Shown one piece after another: positions 1 to 12,074 of a stretch of 64,000 nt of DNA. The stretch spans positions 3,014,315 through 3,078,314 of the forward strand of contig NC_068993.1 in NCBI RefSeq assembly GCF_001194135.2, written 5' to 3'. The stretch's first letter is position 1; the number at the start of each line of letters is the position of its first letter. A program made the position numbers and the translations under genes. The DNA is from Octopus bimaculoides (lineage: Eukaryota). The notes beneath the pieces were generated by a model. That model worked only from the letters and a program-made list of their open reading frames with translations. It had not been told where the DNA came from and did no database searches.

Positions 1-236
1 TGATTTGAGCGTGGCCGTTGCCAGTACCGCCTGACTGGCCTTCGTGCCAGTGGCACGTAAAAGCACCCACTACACTCTCTGAGTCGTTGGCGTTAGGAAG
101 GGCATCCAGCTGTAGAAACTCTGCGAAATCAGATTGGAGCCTGGTGTAGCCATCTGGTTCACCAGTCCTCAGTCAAATCGTCCAACCCATGCTAGCATGG
201 AAAGCGGACGTTAAACGATGATGATGATGATGATGA
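1..236 (+). mobile_element. 3' end (3' UTR with (GAT)n tail) of an RTE-type LINE or RTE-tailed SINE, truncated by the window edge
   Basis: Contains AAAAGCACCCACTACACTC...GGCGTTAGGAAGGGCATCCAGCTGTAGAAAC...CATGCTAGCATGGAAAGCGGACGTTAAAC(GAT)n. The motif set recurs many times in the window, and at 51.06-51.3 kb the GCACCCACTACA part follows an RTE ORF end. Confidence 0.8.
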
Positions 237-1777
237 TATATATATATATATATATGATGGTTACAAGTGATTCTTCAGTTTTTCAGCACCTAAGAACTCC
301 AGTAACTGTGGTGCAATAAAAAGCACCAAGTCCATGCAGCAAAATGACATGAACAGGAGGAAGAGCACCCAGAATGTGAACACCCCTGCTAAAATGAAGG
401 ATGAATGAAGGAGGGGTGCAAATGACCCCTTTAGTTTCAATGCAGCACAACCCCTACAGCAAAGTGTTTGATTGTAACAGAACAAACCAAGTACAAAACC
501 AATATTTCAGAGAAATATTCTGTCATGCGTCTGTGAGATGAGAGGCCATATATTTCTGATTATGGAAGAAGTAGAATGCATATGTAATATTTATATACAT
601 TATATATATGTGTGTGTGTGTGTGTTTGTGTGTATATATATATATGATTTTATATTATGGAATATATTGTATCTAATGTATGTATGTGTGTAATATTTTT
701 TTATGTGCATGTGCTAGTAAGTATGTCTACCCATGTCACACTCTCTCTCTTTTGATATATATATATATATTTGTATATATAAATATGTGTGTGTGTGTGT
801 GTGTGTCTGTATGTGTTCATATTATTCATATTACAATCACATACATGGACATAGTTTCCCTTCCTTCCTTCCATAAGTATTTATTGAATTATTACATCAT
901 TGTGTTCAATGGAAAATAATTCTGTTGGTGGAATTATAGATTCCAAATATTGAGAGAGAGACAGAAGATTTTAGGATTCTTTAAGCTCTGTCTTTAGTTT
1001 GCAATCTAAAGATATTTATGTAAACATATCTATTACAAACATTTGTTTGCAGATATCTTTTACATTTATCTCATGATTGTTGATTCAATATCCGACTCTC
1101 CAGGCAACTGGTATCTCTGTAATCCAACTAAGTTTGTAGTTATTTACGCTTTAATCTTTTTATATAAAAAAGAATCTCTGGTTTTACAGATCCCATTTTT
1201 GTCAAAGTATGCATGTATGCACACATACACACATGTATATATATCATTTGTATTCTCACTGAATATATAAATTAATATGCATTGATTACTGTATATGTAT
1301 GTGTGTGTGTGTGTGTGCATGCATTCGTATATGTATGTGTAGAGGGTATCTGGTTGCGTTTTTGTGTGTGTATATTGTTTGTATATATTGTCATGTTACT
1401 AGTTATGTGGTATGTAGAAGCCTTACATCTGTTTAAAGATAAATATTCCTGTTTTTAAGCATCCGATCTACCTACTCTCCGGATCGTAGTATATATCATG
1501 AACATTCCACAGACATGGCAGTTGTGATATTTTTAAATATCTCTTTTCCAAATTAAAACATTGAATAGTATCATGTTATCAGTAAATATATTCTGTCTTT
1601 TCACACACATTTTGCACAATCAAGACAATGAGCAATGCCTTGTAAATTCTTTGAGAAATTCTGCTTTTTGAGGCATTTTCATGCTAATTTCAAAAGTGGT
1701 TTCCAGATACCTTTTTGTATATTTTCGTTTATAAGTGCCAGTTTGGCAGTAATGTACAGAAAAGTTTTCAGCCTTAC

Positions 1778-1878
1778 CAAATGCCATAATTTTCCCTCTA
1801 AGCTGAGCACTTGCACATCACCACCACTACTATCAAATATGTGTGCACACCCACAACAGTAAATCGAAGGGAATCTTG
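1778..1878 (-). CDS. Possible isolated internal exon (xRFPSIYCCGCAHIFDSSGGDVQVLSLEGKLWHL), host gene unknown
   Basis: 101 nt bounded by TTTTCTGATTGTCCAG and GTAAGG, one frame open. No recognisable homology, and chance occurrence is plausible. Confidence 0.2.
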
Positions 1879-2191
1879 CTGGACAATCAGAAAATATGGA
1901 GCTATTACAAATATTATAAAAGCATATGGTTCAAGTTTCAAGTATTCTAGCAATTTTTGTTTTAGAATGATGCTTCCTTAAAAGGAAGAAAAACCAAGTC
2001 CACCTCGGAGACATTTGAACTCAGAACATAAATTGCTGATAACTATAAAGAAGAGCTTTTGACCAATATTTTATTGTTTGTATCAACTCATTGCCTTATG
2101 ACACACACACAGGCACACACACATGCACGCACACACATACACACTACATAAATACTAATATTTTTCAGTATTAATACTGAGTATTATTACT

Positions 2192-2443
2192 GAGGCATAT
2201 AGCTTAGTGGTTAGAGTTTTGTACTCACTATTGAAAGATTGTGATTTCAATTCCCGGACCAGACAATACATTGTGTTCTTGAGCAAAACACTTCGTTTCA
2301 CATTGCTCCAGTCCACTCAGCTGGTAAAAAGGAGTAACCCTACGATGGACTGGTGTCCCATCCAGCTGGGTAATATACATGCCATGGAAACCTGAAACCT
2401 GGCCCTATGAGTCTGTATGACTTGGGAAGTTCTCTTTACCTTT
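2192..2443 (+). mobile_element. tRNA-derived SINE with a V-domain-like core
   Basis: A box TAGCTTAGTGG and B-box-like GATTTCAATTCCC, then TTCTTGAGCAAAACACTT and CCCTACGATGGACTGGTGTCCCATCCAG, which resembles the V-SINE domain from memory. CTTTA-type tail. Confidence 0.7.
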
Positions 2444-3124
2444 AATTCTATTATTACTGAATTGCAAAAATTGTTAAACAGCATTTCTTCTGAGTTCAAC
2501 TAAAAAATTCTTCAACGTAGTATCTCAGCATGATTGTGGTTTGATGACTGAAATAAGTAAAAACAGATAAAAGATTAAAGATTATCAAAGAACTCCACCC
2601 CCACTAGAGATTATGTGAACGTATTACTACAACTTAAAGTTAACACATTTCAAACAATACATTCTCCTGTCACTTTCATCAGTGAAATAAAATTCTAAAA
2701 TCTATCCACCACTATATATGAGTTTTTGGTACCATTTTGCATTTAATGACTACCACAGACTCTGTATATTGCAGGTAATCAATTGGAATCCATTAACACT
2801 TCAATCTACAAACATGCTTGAAATTAATCTGACCAGCTGTGCTACCATAATATAATTGAAAACCTTTTCCTAAAGGCAACTTAAAAATTCTGCTAATATT
2901 CCAGACCATTATTATGACACAATAATTACTCAGCTGTTGGGATTTTGTTTGATAAGATAACCATATTTTAATAAAATAACCATATTTTTATAATACAACC
3001 ATATTTTAATAAAATACTCATATTTTAGGATTAAAATTTGCACTGCCAAATATACTCATATATACAGTTTTGAAAATATATTTCATAAAAAAAAAACACA
3101 GATACTATGTATTCAGAAAACATA

Positions 3125-3290
3125 GGAGCTGATGTTGCTGTGTGGTAAAGAAGCTGGCTTCTCAACCATATGGGCTTGAGTTCAAGACCCACTGGGTAGC
3201 ACCTTTGACAAACATCTTCGTCTGTAGCCCAAGGTCAACAACAGCCTTGGGAGTGGATTGCATAAGTAGAAATGGAAAGAAGCCTGTCAT
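3125..3290 (+). mobile_element. tRNA-derived CORE-type SINE (octopus OR1/OR2-like), 5' half
   Basis: GCTGTGTGGTAAAGAAGCTGGCTTCTCAACCA...GAGTTCAAGACCC...GCCTTGGGAGTGGATT...AAAGAAGCC, homologous to the full copy at 19322-19710. Confidence 0.7.
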
Positions 3291-3318
3291 ATACATACAC
3301 ATAAATGCATACATACAA

Positions 3319-3476
3319 CAGGATTCTTTCAGTTTCCATCTGCCAATTCCACTCACAAAACATTTGTTGGTCCATGGCTTTAGTAGAAGGCACTTGTTCA
3401 AGGGAGCAATACCATAGAAATGAAGCTGAAACCACTTGGTGGTAAAGCAAACTTCTTACCACACAGCCATGCCTGC
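3319..3476 (-). mobile_element. Same SINE family, 5' half, inverted relative to 3125-3290
   Basis: TTCTTTCAGTTTCCATCTGCCAATTCCACTCACAA...CTTCTTACCACACAGCCATGCC is the reverse complement of the family head and body. Confidence 0.7.
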
Positions 3477-3799
3477 AATGCTACAAAGTCAAATGTGTTT
3501 AAAATTATTCCAATTAGGTTCAAAACAGAAATTCAAAGAATATTTTTAAATAATGAAAAAAACAAAAACAAAAAAAAACCGTTATGATAGGGGTCACTAA
3601 TTCCAAGTCTACCTTTTTTAAAATTGTTGGAGATTTTTTCGAATAATTATATTTTATTAATTCTAATAATTAAATATATCACTAACAATTGATTGTAATA
3701 ATTAATATTTATTAATAAAAGCTCAGTAACAAAAACTATAATTAAAAACTCTAATAAAAATATATTCATAAAATCTCTGAATATGTTAATAACACCTAG

Positions 3800-4000
3800 A
3801 AGGAGGTGCTTTTTCTATTCTCCAAAGTGAAGGGAGCCTTGGCCAGGAGGGACTGATGTTGTCAGATGGCAGCCAACGTTCATTGGGTGTTTCAACCCTG
3901 AGCCATAACACCCTCCCGTTAGTGGGTCAGCAGAGGTGGCCAAGTCACTGTTCCTCATCTTCTCCTGGATAAAATGTTGCTTTAATAATAATAATAATAA
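3800..4000 (+). mobile_element. Possible 3' terminus of a non-LTR element ending in (TAA)n
   Basis: GC-richer 190-bp island beginning ...GAAGGAGGTGCTT (cf. GGAAGGTGCTT at the ORF end at 58161-58171) and ending in TAATAATAATAATAATAA. Only one copy is present. Confidence 0.3.
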
Positions 4001-4274
4001 TTATATAAGATAAAATTGAGTTTTTATTGACAAATTATGTATTATGTAATTATATTTTTTAATAATAATTATAGTGTATAAAATATTTTTATAATAATTA
4101 TAATTGATGAAATTACATTTTATCAAAATTAATTATTCATTTAAAATATATGCAATTTATTATCTATAAAATTATAAGCGAATGTTATATGATGATGATG
4201 ATGATGCCTTGTTAAATACCTCCTTTTAACATAGAAAATGATAAAAACCTGGCCAGGTTTTTATCATTTTAAAG

Positions 4275-4322
4275 GATAAGAGATAATTTTCTCCTGGATA
4301 AGATGCTGGCCTTTTGTTGCAG
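4275..4322 (+). CDS. Possible 48-nt phase 2-2 micro-exon (IRDNFLLDKMLAFCC)
   Basis: TTTTTATCATTTTAAAG acceptor, AG|GTAAGA donor, open frame. No homology recognised. Confidence 0.22.
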
Positions 4323-4339
4323 GTAAGATATCTTGCTGA

Positions 4340-4560
4340 TCTGGTATCTGTTAATTTGATATCTATTGTTTGGTGTCTATTGATCTGGTGTTTATTGATT
4401 GGTGTCTATATCAGGTCGAAATTGTATTGATCTAGTGTCAATTGATCTGATATCTATTGATTAGCTGCTATTGATTGGTGTCTATTGACTGATGTCTATC
4501 ACAGGTCAGATATCCTATTGATCTGGTGTCTATCATAGGTCAGATACTCAATTGATCTGC
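4340..4560. repeat. Degenerate ~15-bp minisatellite (ATTGATCTGGTGTCT)
   Basis: Repeated TATTGATCTGGTGTC / TATTGATTGGTGTC units are visible directly. Confidence 0.75.
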
Positions 4561-5664
4561 TGTCCTGTCCTGACAGCCAGGAGAGAACAAAGGGCAAATG
4601 GAGAATAGAATATTTTACATACAAGCAAAAACATACCTGTACATGCCAACAAGATTGTCTCTAAGTGGTTACTGAATATGCTAGAAATAACAGTGAAATC
4701 TCCAGTAAGTAACACAGAAGGGTATACTGGATAATGAAATCCTTGATAAGTCGTGCCTTAAAATAAAATTGAAATGGCTTTGGTTGGAATGTATGTGATC
4801 TTAGGTCTTCTAAGGATCATATTTCTACAATTCATAGTTATACTGAAGAACATAAAGATCAAAGCTGCAATACCTTTGAACACAGGTTTAGCTCTTCTCT
4901 AGGATCAATGTTAAACAGTCATAAAATATCTGGACTTGATTTGAGCACATATTCTGTAAGTGACCATCTCTGTCTTTCTTGATGCTACTAATTGGAACTT
5001 CATCCAAATAAAATCAGAGAGATTTTTAAATTTTAAATTAGCATGGTTTACCTGTCATGTAAAATTGTTGTCATTGCTATAAATACCTGAGCACCATATT
5101 TTCACATTTATTCCAGAAACTTTTCCAAATACAATTTTTATCTCTGTTCTATCACTGTCATTCTCAACATAAGGTTTGGCTATCAAATATCACCATCATC
5201 ATCATCATCATTTCTACATCCACTTTTCAACGGTTGCATGGGTCAGACAGAATTCATGATTTTCTATGGCTGGATGTCTTTCCAGTTGCTAAACGTCACC
5301 TATTTCCAAACAAAGTAATATTTTCCCTTGGCTGGACAAGATTAGAAACACAAAAAAAAAAAACAAAAAAAACACAACACTGTTTGACTGATGTTGATAC
5401 AAGTATTGTATAATGCCATATATATTTATATGAAAACCTGCATAGCAGACACACAAACATGGCACATTTAACCATTTCTGCATAGATTGGAAAAATGATG
5501 AACAACCTTAATCAATTTTCAGCTCTTATTGGAGTCTCTTCAGAGATGTCTACATCGCTTGAGCAATGCCAAAGAAAAACACCCAATATATTTGAATACA
5601 GTAAATAAATTTGGTAGCTTCAGAGCAGTGGAGCTACTAATTCATATTCCATAAGCGTTTAACA

Positions 5665-5900
5665 CATCATCACCATCATCACCCCCACTACCACCACTAT
5701 CATCGTCATTGTCATCCTTTAACCTCCGTTTTCAATGTTGGCATGGGTTGGATGGTTCGACAGAAGCTGCCAAGCCAGAGAGCTGCATCAGGCTCCAGTT
5801 GTTTCTACAGCTGGATGCCCTTCCTAACACCAACCACTTTGCAATGTGTACTGGGTGCTTTTGTATGTGGCACCATCACCAGTGCTATCTATAGGTGCTT
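5665..5900 (-). mobile_element. RTE-type 3' UTR/tail copy
   Basis: (CAT)n followed by CTTTAACCTCCGTTTTCAATGTTGGCATGGGTTGGATGG...CTGGATGCCCTTCCTAACACCAACCAC, the reverse complement of the 1-236 motif set. Confidence 0.75.
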
Positions 5901-5973
5901 TATGGGTCACAGCAGAACAGGTACTTTTTCCAAAGCCACCAGAACAGGTGCTCTGTATATAACACCAAATACA

Positions 5974-6110
5974 CTTCTTTCAGTTTACACTCACTCAAAC
6001 CACTCACAAGGCATTGGTTGGCTTAGACTTATTGTAGAAGCACTTGCCAAGTGGAATTGAACTTCAGACCATGTGGTTGGGAAGAAAAATTCTTAACCAC
6101 ACATCTATGC
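5974..6110 (-). mobile_element. OR-like tRNA SINE, 5' half
   Basis: CTTCTTTCAGTTT...CACTCACAAGGC...GCACTTGCCAAG...ACCATGTGGTTGGGAAG...CTTAACCACACA. Confidence 0.65.
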
Positions 6111-6126
6111 TTCTCATAATAGTCTT

Positions 6127-6332
6127 TTATTCTTTTACTTGTTTCAGTCATTTGACTGCGGCCATGCTGGGGCACAGCCTTTCCGTCGAGCAAATCGACT
6201 CCAGGACTTATTCTTTGTAAACCTAGTACTTATCCCCGTAACTTAGCAGTTCAGCAAAAAACACCAATAGAGTAAGTACTAAGCTTACAAAGGATAAGTT
6301 CAGGGGTCGATTTGCTTGACTAAAGGTGGTGC
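6127..6332. repeat. Two OR-like SINE 3' halves in inverted orientation (foldback), ending at an N gap
   Basis: About 6166-6233 is roughly the reverse complement of 6272-6332, with a ~38-nt spacer belonging to the + copy. Confidence 0.7.
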
Positions 6333-6342
6333 NNNNNNNNNN

Positions 6343-6379
<37 letters not shown>

Positions 6380-8364
6380 CACACACATGTAATATATACA
6401 CAGATATATATACATATATGTATGTATATTAATATATACACACACATACATTCTCACACTCATATAGATATACATAACAAGTATCTCATTATTTAAGTTT
6501 TTATTAACCTGTAAGTTCTGAAATCTGTTATTTTTCTTATTTTCTCTCTTTTTTCTTTTTTTTCTTTTCAATTACCCTGTTTTCTCTGAATACCATCCTG
6601 AGTTTTGTGGATTCCTATCATTTTCCACACTTATCTCCTATAATTATGTATTGACCTCACCTGATATTTCCAATAAATATTAGTCATTCTAATTTCAATG
6701 GAAAAAAAAAATTATTCAATTTTGCTTTTTTACCATTTACATAGGTTTCCTACACATTCATCATTGATTTACAATTTTTATCGTTTATTTTTCATATTTT
6801 CTAGATTTTATATTTTTTATTTTATCCCTTTTAACATTTTCTCTTCTGCTTCCTAATTACCAATCATTATCAAATTCCAATTATTGATACATTAATTGAA
6901 TAATTTTGCAGGAATTTTCAGGAATGTGCCAAAATAAATTAGATTTTAGTTGACACCCATAATGGGAAACTATGTGCCAATAAAGAATTCAAGAACATAA
7001 CATCCTTAATGGGAATACAAGATGAATTAGTTTAGTTTAATAGGAGTTTATTTCTTCAATTAATGATCTCTGTCTTCCCACTTTTTGTGAGTTAGAACTC
7101 CATGTCTAATGTAACATCTATATTGAATTCCTCATCCGCAAATGTTTTCTTCGAACTACATCTGAATTATGCACACCACTCCATGCTACACCACCCCATA
7201 CTACGTACACCACATGATCCCCCCCCCCCACCAGCAACTGTGTTTTGTCTTCACACCTCTTACAGTTTGCATTTCTTTCTGATCTGTCTCCTTTCACTAA
7301 TCCTCTTACTCCATTCCATTGATCCTAATTTATGTTTTCTAATGCTTTAAAAATCAAATAACAAAGATCCATAAAGCTGATGTTCAAATCCCCAATTCCT
7401 GAAGTCGAGCAGATGCGAGATAAACCTCTCCCTGGATATGATGCTATTAAAGGAATGTTGTTTCACCAGCAATAAGGATTGAACTTAACATAGCAAACCA
7501 ACAAGATACTCATCAATAACAAAATTATAGCAGAGTGTACAATGGAAAAGTTTGTAACAAATGCTGACTATTTGCAAGGTGAACTTAGCCCTTAACGGTT
7601 ATGAATTGTTGACCACATGGTAATGCAGTCGACTCAAGCTTTCATTAAGAACTCCTTTTACACACAACTCTGTTTACACACAACTATACATTCACTTTCC
7701 AACTCGTCTCATTAATATTTCATTCCCTATACTTCCCTGCAGTCCTGATCTTAGCTTTGCTTGTGCCACAGACTAGCTGAAATTTGGTACCTTTGCAGGA
7801 ATAATTTTTAACAATTCTCACAAGGAAGAAAATCTTCAAAAGTAGGAATTTCTGCAGACTCTGCTGTCTAACTAATGCAGCCATAACAAATGATCAGGAA
7901 GTCTACAGCCACAAGAATGAGAAACACAAATGTTGAAATAAGAATGCTACTGTGTTTGTTTCGATATTAAGATTGAAAAAATTCGACCTTACTTCAAAAA
8001 AGTTTGGAACTGTGTTTGCACTCCCTAAACATATTTCATTCCTGTCCTTATGCACGTGCAGCACAGTTTGAAAATCTGTCCCACTTTTGCACACTCAATC
8101 TACAACACTGTTATTAAGAGCTGTCACAGCACTAATAATATCTAACAAAAACTACAATCTACATACTAACTGGACAACAATCTATTTTGCTGCACCACTT
8201 ATTGAATACTGCTGTATATTTAGTAGAACTGTAGAGTCTTCGTTTCCAGTCTATTAATCCAGTACCTTTTGTCTGCTTATTATTTTCGGTGACTACACAC
8301 CATTCATTTATTTCTATCAGTTATTTATTGAGCAAGGACACTTCCTACAGAGCATTGTTCTCTG

Positions 8365-8520
8365 TAGCTAATTAGTAATGCTGTTCTCTGTCACCAATTA
8401 CCAATATCTGTTTTCTGGTACTAATTAGTAATATATGTGCTCTCTTACTAATTAGAAGTGTATGGTCTCTGTTACTAATTAGTAGTATTTTCTCACTGTT
8501 ACTAATTAATACTTTGAACT
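8365..8520. repeat. Degenerate ~25-bp minisatellite (CTCTGTTACTAATTAGTA core)
   Basis: About six recurrences of (T)ACTAATTAG / CTAATTA at 24-27 nt spacing. Confidence 0.7.
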
Positions 8521-9530
8521 TTACTATGTTCTTTAAAACTTTCCATTCTAAGCCAGTCTACAAGATCTTAGGCATTTCCTTCACCTCTCTGCGAGATTTT
8601 GCAATAACTAACAGGTTATAAATGTTTACAATTTTCTTCGGAATGCACAATCCTAAACTTCAGTGTTTAGTTTAATGAATTAAATTCCTCAACAGACTTA
8701 ATGTGAAATCTAAATTCTCTTAAAGCACAGTCATATATGATGGTATGTCCCGAAGAAACCATTCATCTACACCTAGTTTTGTTATGATCCACTTGCTAAT
8801 TGAAAGGGACCTTGTGAAAAGATTCTCTGGCTTAATGATTTGTAATTTAAGTGTTTCAGTCTTAACGAAGAATATCTGAAGCAGCTGTCTTAATTGATAC
8901 ACACAGGCAAAAACATACATTACACACAAACACACATATATACAGACTCATACATATAAAAACACTTTTACATTAAACTGAAGGATTACTCACAACTTAT
9001 TAGTTGAGAACATATTTATTAATTTTTACAAGGCGAATGTTGACAGTGACTTCAAAGCTTTGGCTTCCAAGTCTGATGACCACAGATAAGCTGATACTTC
9101 GAAGTTACTATCGATCATTTCCTTGTAGAAACTAAGGTATCAGTTATTGGAAATAGCAATTGCTCTGTCTTCACAGATGATTGTCATCTCTCACTGCTTT
9201 CTCATTGTCAATGGCATTTCTGACTTTCCAACCATGACCTATCAAAAGACTACCCAGTCCCATTGTAGGTCTGTGTTGTGTGAAGCACAGGTCACAGGCA
9301 AAATTTGTAACTTATTGCAAGCTTCTAACTCATTAGGTTTCCACTCTTCCAGAGCCAAAGAAATTTCGGTAAATGGAAGGACAAATTAGGTCACCATAAA
9401 TAGACATTTGTATACCATCGGATTATTGTGATAAACGCTTGTACAGCACGAGTAACACAGAGACTCAGTGTGTATACGAGTGCATTTCCTCCCTGACTTG
9501 CGGACTCTTAGATGACTCACATATGTATGT

Positions 9531-9590
9531 ATGTATGTATCTGTGTGTGTGTGTGTGTGTGTGTGTATATACATATATATATATATACAT

Positions 9591-9666
<76 letters not shown>
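9531..9666. repeat. Compound (TG)n/(TA)n microsatellite, representative of many in the window
   Basis: Direct reading. Similar tracts occur at 11.7-12.1, 12.8-13.1, 17.6-17.8, 20.3-20.9, 39.9, 45.0-45.5, 54.4-54.7 and 57.05-57.15 kb, many flanking N gaps. Confidence 0.95.
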
Positions 9667-9670
<4 letters not shown>

Positions 9671-11084
9671 GTCTGTATATGGCGTGGGTGCTGGAATGAA
9701 ACTGTTAATGTATATTAACATATTAAAAATTTCAAAGAATTTACATTGTATAAAAATGCAGAGGAAAAAGAAGTTGTTAGTTGTTTAAATTGTATAATAA
9801 AATCACTGTTGGGATATGAATTAGAAAAATGACATTTGCCATCAATATTTTATTAAACTATATATTTCTCTCAAATATAAACAAATATATGTAAAAATTA
9901 ATTGGTTAAATATATTGGAATAACTTTAAAATTAGTAATATATTTCTTTTAGATTGCTTTTTTTTTATGTTATTACTTACATGGTGAATGTTAATATAAA
10001 TTTATTCAATCAATATTTTTCAATTTTAAGCTCAATACAAAATATAGTTCAGAGAAAGAGAAAGGGAGAAAGGGAAAAAGAGAGAGAGAAAAAAGAGAGT
10101 GGTAGAGGTGAATTCTGCCTATGAAATGTAGCAAAAGTAAAAGGTTAAAGTAAAAATTAAAATAAGTAAATAAATAAAAATAAATTAAAAACACTAATTA
10201 TAAAAAGAAACAAGACAAATCAATATTTATATCTGAATGTTATTGTAGCAAATTTCTCTATAGATTTTAATTAATATAAATTAATTAAACATATACAAAC
10301 CATTTGGAAAAAAAAGAAATGCAAAAAATTATAATTCTACTACAGTTTTTTATATTTTATTATTTTTTTCAGAAATACATTATTACATATATTTTGCTAA
10401 TTTTTCACCTAAAAGTAAATTGCAAAAGAAAAATTTAAAAGAAACATGAAAAATAATAATTATAAGGCAGAATTTTAGAAAGTTTAAAATCCTGATTTTT
10501 AATTTTTGAAATATCTGAGATGAAATTTTAAAATCTTTTAAGTAATATCAATTTTTTTAAATATATTTATTTATTTAGTTTCAGTTCATCATGAAGGTCA
10601 AGAACAAGAAAATAATTTCAGCCAAAATGATTAATTTGCATTTTCCCCTCTTCAGATCCGCCACCCCTAACCTTCACTGTTTTTCTCCCTCTGTCACTTT
10701 TTACATTTCCTTTCTTTCACTATTCTTTCCCCTTTCTCCCTTCCTCTCCTACTCCTAGCTTCTCACTTGCTCCTATTCGTCTCTCAGGTTACTTTTTATT
10801 CCCAAATCTCTCTCTCTCTCTCTCTTTCATTTTCTTTTTCCCGCAATTATTTCATTAATTAAGAAAATCTCAGATTTCAATGAAAATGTTTTAATGAAAA
10901 TGAAAATCAGGTATCATCTTTCTTGATTTAATCCAATCCACAGCAGCATCAACCAGGACTTTCAATCTTTCTTGTAGTCCTTTCACTTTGCTTATGGTAT
11001 TTATACTAATACTACTTTTAAAATGCATAAACATGTTCACAATTTGTAGAGGGAATGGGCAAAATTTCTTGTGTATATACAAAG

Positions 11085-11390
11085 GGTTTCTTTCAGTTTC
11101 CATCTACCAAATCCACTCACAAACCTTTGTTCAGGCCGGGACTATAATAGAAGACACTTGCTCAAGGTGTCATGCTGTGTGACTGAACTCAGAACCAAGT
11201 GGTCAGGTTGCAAAGTCCTTAACCACAGGGCTATGAAAGTACCATGCTGGAATTGTACATTATTCATCAACCCTAAAGGAATAAAGAACAAAGTTAAACT
11301 TCACTGGATTTGAACACAGGGTGTGAGGATCCGGAACAGAGAGTGCACGGCATTCTATTCAATGCTCTAATGGTTCTGATGGTCTTCTGC
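11085..11390 (-). mobile_element. Two adjacent minus-strand tRNA SINE fragments (OR-like 11085-11235; second family ~11245-11390)
   Basis: First: TTTCTTTCAGTTTCCATCTACCAAATCCACTCACAAAC...GAAGACACTTGCTCAAGG. Second: ACCCTAAAGGAATAAAGAACAAAGTT...GGATTTGAAC, matching copies at 22.4 and 32.8 kb. Confidence 0.65.
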
Positions 11391-11810
11391 CTTAAAATTA
11401 ATCACAATTTCTCCTATATACATGTAATAAGTAAAGTCAGAGATCAATATGTGTGTATTGGTGCCTTAATAGTCCAAATTAAATATTCATTCATTAATAA
11501 TGATTATCACATCACAAATTCTCATTTATCATTATCCTCACACCACAACCTGTGTCTCTTCTGATCATGTCAAAAGTTAACCACCAAAATGTCTTACTTT
11601 TTTTTTTAATAAAAAGAACAGTAAAGAAAGCATAAAAATATAGAAAAGAAATATTATAAAAATAAATATCCTCTCTGTTCCCTGCTTATTACACCTTGAC
11701 ATATATAAATCTATAAATATAACTCATGTACATGCATGTGTGTGTGTGTGTGTGTGTATATACATGTATGTACCTACAAATATAACTTGTGTACATATAT
11801 AAATATATAT

Positions 11811-11869
<59 letters not shown>

Positions 11870-11995
11870 TATACATATATAAACACATATATATATATGG
11901 ATATACACACACACATGCCCATATGTAGATGCATATATTTATGTGTATACATGTATATATGTGTGTTTGTGTATATGTATGCATATATATATCTA

Positions 11996-12027
<32 letters not shown>

Positions 12028-12037
12028 NNNNNNNNNN

Positions 12038-12074
<37 letters not shown>

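Noticed and set aside
261-485. Hydrophobic 74-aa minus ORF and exon-like segments on both strands
   Set aside because: Several incompatible splice and frame readings, and no recognisable family.
2192-2270. tRNA genes at the SINE heads (also 19322, 43660-43731, ~61725)
   Set aside because: A/B boxes are present, but complete cloverleafs and acceptor stems are not, and each continues into SINE body sequence.
2720-2870. Minus-strand frame GKGFQLYYGS...KC*WIPIDYLQY with a good acceptor
   Set aside because: Internal stop and no identifiable homology.
2955-3030. Short direct-repeat arrays (19-bp unit here, 46-bp at 26.6 kb, 59-bp at 32.8 kb) as CRISPR-like
   Set aside because: Eukaryotic context, no unique spacers of constant length and no cas genes; ordinary tandem duplications.
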